This document shows, piece after piece, positions 20,018 through 29,250 of a stretch of 64,000 nt of DNA. A program made the translations under genes and the position numbers. The notes below the pieces were generated by a model. That model saw only the letters and a program-made list of their open reading frames with translations. It was not told where the DNA came from and ran no database searches. Each line of letters starts with the position of its first letter. The stretch's first letter is position 1. The stretch lies in assembly GCF_053078305.1 (NCBI RefSeq), contig NZ_CP166879.1. The stretch is one strand, 5' to 3'.

Positions 20018-21995
20018 AACTATTAAAGATTTCCTCGTCTCGCTTGGCTTCAGTGTGGATGATGCAGGAGCGAAAAAGTTCGGTTCTGTCCTCGCCGGTA
20101 CAACTGCAAATGTCATCAAAATGGGGCTGGCCGTTGAAGGAGCCGCGCTGTCCGTGGTGGCCTTCACGGCTAAGATCGCCTCCGGTCTGGATAATCTTTA
20201 CTGGGCGTCACAGCGCACTGGAGCGACAGTCCAGGGAATTCAGTCTATTGGCTATGCGGTTTCGCAGGTTGGCGGCAGCGTGGACGCTGCGCGATCTTCT
20301 CTGGAAAGCCTCTCCCGGTTTATTCGTAATAATCCCGGTGCAGAGGGATTTCTGAATCGCCTGGGGGTACAGACACGGGATGCCAGCGGTAACATGCGTG
20401 ACATGGCCGCTATTTTTACAGGTGTAGGCCAGAAGCTCAGCGGCATGCCGTATTACCGGGCTAACCAGTATGCGCAGATGCTGGGCATTGACGAAAATAC
20501 CCTTATGGCGATGCGTCGGGGTGTGGGTGGTTTCTCCGGGCAGTACAGCGCAATGGCGAAAGCTATCGGCTTCAATGCTGACGAGGCGGCCAGAAGCTCC
20601 AACAAATTTATGACCTCCCTGCGTGAGTTTAGCGCGATGGCAGGCATGGCCCGTGACAAAATCGGCTCTAATCTTGCGGGTGGACTTGCGGGGTCGCTGG
20701 ACACCCTGCGCCGCCATATCCTGGACAACTTCCCGCGCATCGAGCAGACTCTGACGAAAGCCATAAAAGGCATTCTGGCGCTCGGGGATATTATCGGGCG
20801 GCTGTTCTTCAGACTGATTGAGGGGACATCAGGCCTTATCACCTGGTGGCAATCGCTGGATAAGCAAACGCGGGAGTTGATCTCGCTGTTTGGCGCACTG
20901 ACGATTGCGCTGCGCATTCTGAACAGTACGTTCTGGATGTCGCCGATTGGCCTCATTACCGCGCTGGCGGCGGGGATTGCCCTCCTGTGGGAGGACTATC
21001 AGACCTGGAAGGAAGGCGGCGACAGCCTGATTGACTGGGGCAAGTGGAAACCGGAGGTCGATGCCGCGCTGAAGATGGTTCGTGACCTTAAAACAACCGT
21101 TAACGACCTGGTGAAAGCGCTGGCGAAACTGCTCAATATTGACCTCAAATCATGGTCCCTGAAGTGGGATTTCAGCAACTTCATCGACCAGATGGGCGAA
21201 TTCAGCAAAATGCTGAACATGATCGCCGACCTGCTCAACGCTATCAAAGATGGCCGCTGGGCTGATGCCGTCAGCATCGGCAAACAGATACTTAATCAGG
21301 GCAGCGAAAATCCGTCAGCGATGCCGATGGTTACAGACAGCGCTAACAGTACTGCCGACTGGATTAAAGAGCACTGGGGATTCGATCCCCGCAGCGTGGG
21401 CCGGACGGTACGCGGCTGGTTTGGTGATGATGAGCCGGAACAACATGCACAGGCTACGAAACGAGGAGAACGGAATAACAATCCGGGAAACCTTAATTTT
21501 GCTGGTCAGGCAGGGGCTTCTCTTGAACGCCCGGGCGGGCGATTTGCCAGATTTGAAACTGCCTTTGATGGATTACGGGCTCTTGCTCGTCAGTTAATGC
21601 TGTACGCCGGACGGGGAATAAACAGTGTGGAGAAAATTATCTCTACCTGGGCACCTGCGTCTGATAATAACAACACAACTGCGTATATCAGGGCTGTATC
21701 GCAACGACTGGGAGTGGATCCCCGGGCTGCCCTGAATATGAGCGATCCGCAAACCATGTCAGCATTGATGAGCAGCATTATCCAGCATGAAAATGGAAGA
21801 AATATCTATTCTCGAGAGCTGATTAATAAGGCTGCCGTGGCGGGAATTAGTGGCAAAATGACAGAGGTTAACCAGCAAAATACTTACCACATTTACGGTG
21901 GCGGAGATCCGCACGCTGTCGGTAATGAGGTTGCACGTCGGCAACAGTCTGCAAATGCTCAGGTCATGCGAAGTAATCAGGTGAGGGTGGGTTAG
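20007..21995 (+). CDS. Tail tape measure protein
   Basis: About 660 aa; ATG at 20007 with SD GGAGAGAGG (ORF track begins at TTG 19986). Confidence 0.75.
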   Translation: MNAETIKDFLVSLGFSVDDAGAKKFGSVLAGTTANVIKMGLAVEGAALSVVAFTAKIASGLDNLYWASQRTGATVQGIQSIGYAVSQVGGSVDAARSSLESLSRFIRNNPGAEGFLNRLGVQTRDASGNMRDMAAIFTGVGQKLSGMPYYRANQYAQMLGIDENTLMAMRRGVGGFSGQYSAMAKAIGFNADEAARSSNKFMTSLREFSAMAGMARDKIGSNLAGGLAGSLDTLRRHILDNFPRIEQTLTKAIKGILALGDIIGRLFFRLIEGTSGLITWWQSLDKQTRELISLFGALTIALRILNSTFWMSPIGLITALAAGIALLWEDYQTWKEGGDSLIDWGKWKPEVDAALKMVRDLKTTVNDLVKALAKLLNIDLKSWSLKWDFSNFIDQMGEFSKMLNMIADLLNAIKDGRWADAVSIGKQILNQGSENPSAMPMVTDSANSTADWIKEHWGFDPRSVGRTVRGWFGDDEPEQHAQATKRGERNNNPGNLNFAGQAGASLERPGGRFARFETAFDGLRALARQLMLYAGRGINSVEKIISTWAPASDNNNTTAYIRAVSQRLGVDPRAALNMSDPQTMSALMSSIIQHENGRNIYSRELINKAAVAGISGKMTEVNQQNTYHIYGGGDPHAVGNEVARRQQSANAQVMRSNQVRVG

Positions 21996-22582
21996 TGGAT
22001 ATTCTCTCTACACTTTTTCATCAGCAGAGCAGAAAAATAGGAATGATTGTTCCCAGTGTTGTTATTTCAGAGAAGCATACAGATATGCTTGAAATAACAG
22101 AGCATCCGGTAGAGGTTGGGGCCGCTGTCGCTGATCATGCCTATAAAAAACCGTCAGAAGTGGTGATGGAGGTTGGTTTCGCCGGTGGCGGCGCATTGCT
22201 GGATTTTGCCAGTAATCTGACGGCTACCAGCCTGCTCGGCCTGAGTCCTCAGCAGACGTATCAGGAGCTACTGGATCTGCAGGAAAGCCGTATCCCCTTC
22301 GATGTGGTAACCGGTAAACGACTGTACAGCAACATGTTGATCCGGGCGTTGGAAGTGACGACGGACAAGACAACCGAAAACGTCCTGTCCGCCGTCCTCA
22401 CCCTGAGGGAGGTCATTATCTCCCGGACACAGCAGATTACCGTCGCGGATAAAACCAACATGAAGGAAGGGGCCAGCACGTCGGCGGTACAGAACAGCGG
22501 CAACAAAACCACAAAGCCTCCAGATACTTCACTGCTGAAAAGCATCACGGGTAACGTGGCGTCATTACTGGGGGGCGGCTAA
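21995..22582 (+). CDS. Hypothetical tail protein
   Basis: ORF track 195 aa; GTG start overlapping tape-measure stop. Confidence 0.4.
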   Translation: MDILSTLFHQQSRKIGMIVPSVVISEKHTDMLEITEHPVEVGAAVADHAYKKPSEVVMEVGFAGGGALLDFASNLTATSLLGLSPQQTYQELLDLQESRIPFDVVTGKRLYSNMLIRALEVTTDKTTENVLSAVLTLREVIISRTQQITVADKTNMKEGASTSAVQNSGNKTTKPPDTSLLKSITGNVASLLGGG

Positions 22583-22884
22583 TGACAATTCAGGAAATTC
22601 CGCTGACAGCGGACAACCAGCAGTTCAGCATCGTCCTGGGGGGTGTCACCTGGCGGATTAGCATCATATGGCGCGATCTGTACTGGATTATGGACCTGCA
22701 GAACGACAGAGGGGAGCCGGTAATCTCCGGTATTCCTCTTGTCACTGGTGCTGACCTGCTGGCGCAGTACGCCTGTATGGGGCTTGGTTTTAAGCTGGTG
22801 GTGGTCTGTGATGACAACACACAGGATTACCCCACAAAAACTGACCTGGGCGGTCGCAGCCATTTACTGGTATCAACGGAGTAA
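22582..22884 (+). CDS. Hypothetical tail protein
   Basis: ORF track 100 aa. Confidence 0.4.
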   Translation: MTIQEIPLTADNQQFSIVLGGVTWRISIIWRDLYWIMDLQNDRGEPVISGIPLVTGADLLAQYACMGLGFKLVVVCDDNTQDYPTKTDLGGRSHLLVSTE

Positions 22885-22886
22885 GC

Positions 22887-23951
22887 ATGTCACAGAACTG
22901 GATGAGACATTTCGAGCTGCAGCTTGTGGACGGGAACGGTCAGGGAATTGAGCTAAGTGATTTCAAAGTCACCTTTACGATCGACTGGTTCAACATCAGC
23001 AGCGCGTCCCGGGTAGGGACTATCAAAATTTATAACCTCTCGGCAGATACTGTGAACCGAATTACCGGGCAGGAGTTTTCGAAAGTGCGTCTGATTGCCG
23101 GTTACGACGGTATCGCGCCGGAGGTGTCAGCAAGCGACGTAGGGACCGTGCGGGGAGTTGACGCGGCGGACGTGGGCCAGAGAGATGGCCGCAACTACGG
23201 ACTGATTTTCAGCGGTGAAATTCGCTACTCGGTCACAGGAAAAGACAGTCCGGTTGATACCTACGTCCTGATTCAGGCAGCAGATACTGATCTGGCTTTT
23301 GCCACCAGTATAACCTCACAGACGCTGGCTGCCGGTTACACGGTCGCTGATGTGAACCGTGCGCTGATGAAAGACTTCGAAGCCAAAGGCGCGACCGAAG
23401 GCCTGACGCCTGAAATGCCTGCTACTGTATTCCCCCGGGGGCGGGTACTCTTTGGCATGACGCGGCATCTAATGGATAACGTAGCCGGACAATGTGGCGC
23501 AACATGGCAATTCGTGGACGGTCAGCGCCAGATGGTGGCGAATAACGAATATGTTCACGAAGCGATTGTGCTCAACAGCGCTACCGGGCTTATTGGCATG
23601 CCGCAGCAGACTATCGGTAACGGCGTAAACGTCCGCGCGCTTATTAATCCGAACATCCGGGTTAACGGGCTCATTCAGCTGGATCAGGCTTCCGTCTATC
23701 GTACCGCGTTGTCGAACAACGATATTGCGATGGCTGGTGGTCAGATCACCGACCAGAACACGGACGGAAATATCACGCTCAGCGGCACCACATCGCAGCC
23801 TGCCTGCATCGCAACGGATGGCGTTTATATTGTGCGCGGGATTATGTACACTGGCGACACAAGGGGCCAGGCGTGGTACATGGATATGATGTGTGAAGCG
23901 CGTGGCGCGGCGGATCTTGTTTCCTCATCAGCGAGGGAAAGAGGGCTTTAA
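22887..23951 (+). CDS. Putative baseplate hub protein (P2 gpD / Mu gp44-like)
   Basis: 354 aa; gene order. Confidence 0.45.
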   Translation: MSQNWMRHFELQLVDGNGQGIELSDFKVTFTIDWFNISSASRVGTIKIYNLSADTVNRITGQEFSKVRLIAGYDGIAPEVSASDVGTVRGVDAADVGQRDGRNYGLIFSGEIRYSVTGKDSPVDTYVLIQAADTDLAFATSITSQTLAAGYTVADVNRALMKDFEAKGATEGLTPEMPATVFPRGRVLFGMTRHLMDNVAGQCGATWQFVDGQRQMVANNEYVHEAIVLNSATGLIGMPQQTIGNGVNVRALINPNIRVNGLIQLDQASVYRTALSNNDIAMAGGQITDQNTDGNITLSGTTSQPACIATDGVYIVRGIMYTGDTRGQAWYMDMMCEARGAADLVSSSARERGL

Positions 23952-24286
23952 TGAAACGGTTATGTTTGGCGTTAGTTATGATGGTTACTGCTCCGGCGAT
24001 GGCTGCAATTCAGTGCGGCAACTACACGATGACCGGTGACGGAATGACTGTTATTAACGGTGAAACTGTCACATCACAGAAGATAAAATTTCTGGGAAAA
24101 GATGGTGACTATTCAAACATGAAAATGGACATGGGCCTGATGCCTTCCCGTGATGGTAACAATTACGGCTTTGAGTTTGTGAAACGTAACGGAAAAGCTT
24201 TCCTGAACGTCCAGCTGCTGCAGAACAGCATGGACGCGCCGAAAATCATTGGATCTTTCCCGTGTAAAAAAGTGAGCAGCAAGTGA
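23951..24286 (+). CDS. Small secreted protein with signal peptide (moron, unknown function)
   Basis: N-terminus MKRLCLALVMMVTAPAMAA; two Cys; inserted between baseplate genes. Confidence 0.5.
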   Translation: MKRLCLALVMMVTAPAMAAIQCGNYTMTGDGMTVINGETVTSQKIKFLGKDGDYSNMKMDMGLMPSRDGNNYGFEFVKRNGKAFLNVQLLQNSMDAPKIIGSFPCKKVSSK

Positions 24287-24795
24287 CAGTTGATGATGAT
24301 CCTTTGAATTCATTTCAAGACCCTGACTTTCAGGAACTTCTCGGCGGAATTGATATTACTCTTGTTATAAGGTTTTTTAATTATTTTTCGCGTTTCGAAT
24401 ATGCGTTAAAAAGAATTAATTTCAAAAAAACTGATCGTAGAAATTATCTAATCGGTGCTGACTGGAGCCGCTACGCTACTGATGATACGCGGCCTTTATA
24501 TCCTACTGGAAATAGAAATGTCGATAGGGCAGTTGAGTATCTATGTCAGCAACCTGTGAAGCAGCAGAGGCATGATTTTTCGTGGGAGGATAAACCTCCA
24601 ATCGAACCTCATTCTCTTGCTGAAGCATTAAAGCAGATCCCGTATATAAGAAATAATCTCTTTCACGGCGGGAAGTATTTACGTCCCGACCCCGTTCGTG
24701 ATGAAAAGTTATTGAAATACTCTATTTATTTGATGCAGTTGTGTTTGATAACTGATAATCAGCTTTCTGAATACTTTAATACTATCCACCGATAG
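24283..24795 (+). CDS. Hypothetical protein with HEPN-like R-x4-H motif (RNNLFH); candidate abortive-infection/RNase-type moron
   Basis: GTG start overlaps upstream stop (GTGA); visibly AT-rich; motif at residues 123-128; followed by terminator. Confidence 0.45.
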   Translation: MTVDDDPLNSFQDPDFQELLGGIDITLVIRFFNYFSRFEYALKRINFKKTDRRNYLIGADWSRYATDDTRPLYPTGNRNVDRAVEYLCQQPVKQQRHDFSWEDKPPIEPHSLAEALKQIPYIRNNLFHGGKYLRPDPVRDEKLLKYSIYLMQLCLITDNQLSEYFNTIHR

Positions 24796-24815
24796 TCATT
24801 CTTCATGAGATAAAA

Positions 24816-24844
24816 CCTGCCACCCGGCGGGTTTTTTGCTTTTT
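24816..24844 (+). terminator. Rho-independent terminator after the moron pair (CCTGCC-ACCC-GGCGGG then TTTTTTGCTTTTT)
   Basis: Hairpin with one G-U pair and T-run read directly. Confidence 0.5.
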
Positions 24845-24855
24845 GGAGCCTAACA

Positions 24856-25608
24856 ATGGCAGTAACTGACCAGACCCGCAGTGGCGATCTTGCCGAAACA
24901 TTTAAATCTGAACGGGAAACAACAAAGAACCAGATCCGTGTCGCCTTGCCTGGCATTATTCAGTCATTCGATCCTGACGCGGTGACGGCGGTTGTGCAGC
25001 CAGCTATCCGGTCGGTTGAAAAGGATAACGACGGTAACCGCATTACCAAAAATTACCCATTGCTGGTGGATGTGCCAGTGGTATTCCCGCGCGGCGGAGG
25101 CTGTACGTTGACTTTTCCGGTAAAAGCTGGGGATGAGTGTCTTGTCGTTTTTGCCGATCGTTGTATTGATTTCTGGTGGCAGAGCGGCGGGATACAGGAG
25201 ACGGTTGATGACAGAATGCATGATTTATCGGATGCGTTTTGTATTGTCGGTCCCCAGTCGCAGGCAAGGAAGATTAGCGGTATTAATACCAGTGCCACAC
25301 AGTTGCGTAGTGACGACGGCAGCACCTATTTTGAGCTTAATCCTGATACCCGGAAAATTAAAATTGTCGCTCCGGGGGGGCTTGATGTGGTTGCCCCCCT
25401 GGCTGATTTTTCTGAGAAAGTAACCATTCATGGCCTGTTAACCTGGATGGGGGGCATGGTGGGGTCTGTTGTTTCTGGTGTGGCTTCAAAAATCACTGGT
25501 GCTGTTGAGTTTTTGGGTAGCGTGAAGGCTAACGGCAAGCCAATCGATGATACGCACACTCATGGTGGTGTTCAGCGCGGTGGAAGCAATACCGACGGAG
25601 TAAACTGA
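24856..25608 (+). CDS. Baseplate assembly/spike protein (gpV-like)
   Basis: 250 aa; gene order. Confidence 0.55.
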   Translation: MAVTDQTRSGDLAETFKSERETTKNQIRVALPGIIQSFDPDAVTAVVQPAIRSVEKDNDGNRITKNYPLLVDVPVVFPRGGGCTLTFPVKAGDECLVVFADRCIDFWWQSGGIQETVDDRMHDLSDAFCIVGPQSQARKISGINTSATQLRSDDGSTYFELNPDTRKIKIVAPGGLDVVAPLADFSEKVTIHGLLTWMGGMVGSVVSGVASKITGAVEFLGSVKANGKPIDDTHTHGGVQRGGSNTDGVN

Positions 25609-25961
25609 TGCGATACAGACGTGAAGACGCCGATGGCGATTACACCTTTGGCAGCGGTGATGACACCTGGCTGATTAACTCACCGGAGGCCGTGGCGCAG
25701 GCGGTAAAAACGCGATTCGAATTGTGGTATGGGCAATGGTTTCTCGACACCACCGAGGGGACTCCGTGGATCCAGTCCGTACTCGGTAAGCAGAAGCCGG
25801 AAACCTACAACCTGGCGATCCGTAAGCGCATCCTCGAAACGCGGGGCGTTAAATCAATCCTCTCTTTCAATACGACGGTGGATACCACGACCCGACGTGT
25901 CATGTTTTCCGCTGAAATCGACACTCTTTATGGAATAACGACTGTTACATCGGAGGCGTAA
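25608..25961 (+). CDS. Baseplate protein (gpW-like)
   Basis: 117 aa; gene order. Confidence 0.55.
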   Translation: MRYRREDADGDYTFGSGDDTWLINSPEAVAQAVKTRFELWYGQWFLDTTEGTPWIQSVLGKQKPETYNLAIRKRILETRGVKSILSFNTTVDTTTRRVMFSAEIDTLYGITTVTSEA

Positions 25962-27160
25962 TGGCTCTGAACCTTGATTCTCTCGGTTTATCTGCAAAGG
26001 TAACCGCGGAGGGGATCAGTGCGCCTGATTATCAGACGATACTCAGCACCCTGATTAGCTATTTTCAGCAGATTTATGGCAGTGATGCCTACCTCGAACC
26101 GGACAGCAAAGACGGCCAGATGGTGGCTCTGATGGCGCTGGCGATTCATGATGCCAATAATATGGCGATAACTGTCTACAACTGTTTTTCACCGGCAACC
26201 GGCTATGGGGCTGCACTGACCAGTAACGTGAAAATAAATGGTATTTCACGTAAAGGCGCGACGAACTCTACGGTTGATTTGCTTCTTACAGGAACTGCCG
26301 GAACAACCATCATTAATGGCAGCGTGAAAGACAGTAATAATGTGATATGGCGTTTGCCTGCTTCAGTAGTGGTCGGCGTGGATGGTACAGTGATGGCGAC
26401 CGCAACATGTTCCGTCAGTGGTGCAGTGGCGGCGCTGGCTGGAACTATCACTGAAATTAATACGCCAACCCGTGGCTGGGTTTCGGTAACTAATCCTGCT
26501 GCGGCTACTGTGGGCACTCTGGCAGAAACTGACGCGGAGTTACGTATCCGTCAGTCGCAAAGTGTTGCGTTGCCATCAATAACCCCATTTGAAGCACTGG
26601 ATGGTGCTGTTTCTAATGTTACCGGTGTAACCCGCCACAAACTCTATGAAAACGATACTGGTTCGGAGGACGGTAACGGGTTACCGCCACACTCTGTTGC
26701 TGTAATTGTGGATGGCGGTGATGTGACGGATATTGCTCAGGCTATCAGAGGGAATAAAGGCCAGGGGACAGCCACTCACGGTACAACATCCGTTACGGTT
26801 CCGGATAAATACGGCAATCCCCATGTAATCAAATTCTCGCGTTCCAGTGATGTGCCTGTTTATGCCCGGATTAAATTAAAAGTTTTTACGGGTTATACCT
26901 CACAGATAGGGCAGCAGATCCAGCAGGCTATTTCCGACTATATCAATAGTTTGACGATTGGTGATTCGGTCCTTTTAAGTCGCATTTACTCACCGGCGAA
27001 TCTTGGCGTGGTGAGTGGCGGGAATGCACGCTATTACGATATTCAGGAACTGACGATTGGGAAATCCCCGGGGGCTTTGTCGTCATCAAACATTGATATC
27101 AGATACAACGAATCTGCGTCCTGTACCCCGGAAAATATCGTTATAACGGTGGAGTCATGA
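25961..27160 (+). CDS. Baseplate protein (gpJ-like)
   Basis: 399 aa; gene order. Confidence 0.55.
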   Translation: MALNLDSLGLSAKVTAEGISAPDYQTILSTLISYFQQIYGSDAYLEPDSKDGQMVALMALAIHDANNMAITVYNCFSPATGYGAALTSNVKINGISRKGATNSTVDLLLTGTAGTTIINGSVKDSNNVIWRLPASVVVGVDGTVMATATCSVSGAVAALAGTITEINTPTRGWVSVTNPAAATVGTLAETDAELRIRQSQSVALPSITPFEALDGAVSNVTGVTRHKLYENDTGSEDGNGLPPHSVAVIVDGGDVTDIAQAIRGNKGQGTATHGTTSVTVPDKYGNPHVIKFSRSSDVPVYARIKLKVFTGYTSQIGQQIQQAISDYINSLTIGDSVLLSRIYSPANLGVVSGGNARYYDIQELTIGKSPGALSSSNIDIRYNESASCTPENIVITVES

Positions 27161-27837
27161 GCAAATACACCGAACTAATCACGAACTACCACGCCACCAA
27201 ACCTAAATTTCTTGCGCATGTTGATCTGATGACCCGGCCGCTTATTGATGTTGCGGCTGCCACCAGAGGGCTGATTACTGCATTTGATATTGACTCTGCG
27301 GTTGGTGTGCAACTTGACATTCTGGGATTGTGGATCGGACGTAGCCGTGTTGTCAGCCAGCCTATCTCAGGTGTCTATTTCAGCTGGGATACCGACGGGC
27401 TTGGATATGATCAGGGGGTATGGCAGGGACCATACGATCCTGATTCCGGATACATGTACCTCAGCGATGAAACTTATCGTGTCATTCTTAAAGCGAAGAT
27501 TGCGATTAATAACTGGGATGGACGGAATGATTCGCTTCCGGCAATTCTTGACGCTGCAACAGCAGGATCCGGGCTGCGAATGCAGATAGTCGATAACCAG
27601 GACATGACGATATCGGTCTGGGTCTTTCCTGATACTGATATTTCAGATGTATCGCGTGAGTTAATTGCGGCAATTAAACAGGGGTATCTCACAGTAAAAG
27701 CCGCCGGGGTATGGGCGGGTGGCATTGAAACACCTTCGGTGGAAACCCCATCGGAAGGCTCAAAATTTTTTGGTTTTGATATGGATAACGAATTCATCAG
27801 TGGTTTTGATGTAGGAGCATGGGGAGTATTACTCTGA
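27157..27837 (+). CDS. Tail/baseplate protein (gpI-like)
   Basis: 226 aa; gene order. Confidence 0.5.
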   Translation: MSKYTELITNYHATKPKFLAHVDLMTRPLIDVAAATRGLITAFDIDSAVGVQLDILGLWIGRSRVVSQPISGVYFSWDTDGLGYDQGVWQGPYDPDSGYMYLSDETYRVILKAKIAINNWDGRNDSLPAILDAATAGSGLRMQIVDNQDMTISVWVFPDTDISDVSRELIAAIKQGYLTVKAAGVWAGGIETPSVETPSEGSKFFGFDMDNEFISGFDVGAWGVLL

Positions 27838-28292
27838 TGGCGAAAAATGACTTTAAAGCGTTTGCAACGGATCGAAATGCCAATGTTATATCGCAGGAGG
27901 AATGGGAAGCGTTGCCCGCGCTTTTATCCGGATTTACAGCAGGGAAAGCCTCCAGTGCGCAAGTCAATAAGGTTATTCGGCAGGTCAGCTTTATTGCTGC
28001 AGCTCTGGCCCAGTTTGTAAGTGATAAAACGCAACGGGATGTGCTTGATAATGGTGATCTGCCCGGTTTTGTTGAATTGCTGGGATCGGGGTTTGCTGTT
28101 GAATACCTGAGCCGCAAGAATCCGTTTGGTGATATCAAATCGGATGGCACGGTGAAAACGGCTCTCGAAAACCTTGGTTTGGGAGAAGAGCACAGCGTTA
28201 AGCCGGGTTGTTTCTGCCTGCGTCAGCTTCCGCCCGGCCTGCAATTTCAGCTGAATCAGACTAATGGAAGCCATAGCCGCATCAATCAGTGA
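27837..28292 (+). CDS. Tail fibre, constant N-terminal part, fused in the present orientation to only 34 codons beyond the crossover site
   Basis: ATG 27837 overlaps gpI stop; reads through site at 28162-28187 (N-L-G-L-G-E) and stops at 28290. Confidence 0.6.
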   Translation: MAKNDFKAFATDRNANVISQEEWEALPALLSGFTAGKASSAQVNKVIRQVSFIAAALAQFVSDKTQRDVLDNGDLPGFVELLGSGFAVEYLSRKNPFGDIKSDGTVKTALENLGLGEEHSVKPGCFCLRQLPPGLQFQLNQTNGSHSRINQ

Positions 28293-28715
28293 CTGGCGCC
28301 GTACTTCTGCCGCGTCTACTGCGGCGTTATGCTGTGCCTCAGTGTCGGTCACCCATTTCTCACCATCCCATTTATCGTATGACGTTAACGGGGCGATAGT
28401 GGTTGTATTTTCAGGGTAATCACCCGGAACTGTGATTTCTTTTGATTCTCCTGTTTCGGTGCTATAGACGATTTCACCGCGATGGTCTGGCACATATTCC
28501 CATGAGTTAAAATCTGCAGAACGGCAAATTGCATAACCAGCTTTATATGAGCCAGGAGCATCTAAACAGGAACATGCCGGGATACCGACACCCACAGCAA
28601 GATATTCAGTTGATGTGGAAATATATTCCCGTGTTTCACCATCATAATTATAAACGGTAATGTCTCCGGCCTTTGTGGCGATGAGTTCATTATTTAATAC
28701 AGCTTTACTTATCAT
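27924..28715 (-). CDS. Tail fibre assembly protein (Tfa/U-like); in this orientation the frame reads through the crossover site into antisense of the fibre gene
   Basis: ATG at 28715 overlaps stop of variable fibre cassette (ATGA); native C-terminus probably near the site at 28187. Confidence 0.5.
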   Translation of the reverse strand: MISKAVLNNELIATKAGDITVYNYDGETREYISTSTEYLAVGVGIPACSCLDAPGSYKAGYAICRSADFNSWEYVPDHRGEIVYSTETGESKEITVPGDYPENTTTIAPLTSYDKWDGEKWVTDTEAQHNAAVDAAEVRRQSLIDAAMASISLIQLKLQAGRKLTQAETTRLNAVLFSQTKVFESRFHRAIRFDITKRILAAQVFNSKPRSQQFNKTGQITIIKHIPLRFITYKLGQSCSNKADLPNNLIDLRTGGFPCCKSG

Positions 28716-29196
28716 GCAGCCCTCACAATATAATTAAAGGCGATGTTACGGGAGCGGGTTTCAGATGCTGTGCGAACTGAGCGAGATGCGTCGAATGTCC
28801 AGTTATAAGCGCCATAACCCTCAATAATTTCGGCTTCCTTTAGACCTGTAGATAATACTTGCCCATGTTGACTAAATGGCCCTGAACTAAGTACGTCTCT
28901 AAAAAGCTGGGTACGCCCAAAAGAACCAACAATATTCTGAATTGCATCATTCTGTGCAGATAATAAGTTACGACCAGAGTCAATCCCGCGCCCATCATCC
29001 CAGCCACGAATAAATTCACCGCGTAAATCTGGTAATTTTAATGTTGGGTAAGCCTTTGCCAGATTTGGGTACTTTTCAGAAGAAAATACTGCTCCGTTAC
29101 ATTTTAGCCACCCCATTGGCGGAGTGGCTGAAGGCCACGGAACAGGCACACCAACCGGTAATGCAGAGCCTTCTCCCAAACCAACGTTTATGAAAA
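28162..29196. mobile_element. Invertible DNA segment (about 1 kb) flanked by inverted 26-bp Pin/Gin/Hin-type crossover sites at 28162-28187 and 29171-29196
   Basis: Perfect 14-bp inverted core TTCTCCCAAACCAA (29171-29184) and its reverse complement TTGGTTTGGGAGAA (28174-28187); invertase gene adjacent. Confidence 0.75.
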
Positions 29197-29224
29197 TGCA
29201 GAAATAACGAGCAAATGGCATCAT
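28712..29224 (-). CDS. Variable C-terminal tail-fibre cassette (receptor-binding part) in the silent orientation
   Basis: Same N-V-G-L-G-E junction frame across site 29171-29196 as the constant part; first 12 codons lie outside the segment. Confidence 0.6.
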   Translation of the reverse strand: MMPFARYFCIFINVGLGEGSALPVGVPVPWPSATPPMGWLKCNGAVFSSEKYPNLAKAYPTLKLPDLRGEFIRGWDDGRGIDSGRNLLSAQNDAIQNIVGSFGRTQLFRDVLSSGPFSQHGQVLSTGLKEAEIIEGYGAYNWTFDASRSVRTASETRSRNIAFNYIVRAA

Positions 29225-29250
29225 TCCTGCTTTTGTCAGGGAGATCTACC

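Noticed and set aside
27924-28715. Treating the 263-aa minus-strand ORF as one native protein
   Set aside because: Its last third is antisense to the tail-fibre constant region beyond the crossover site; more likely an assembly protein of about 176 aa that reads through the recombination site in this orientation.
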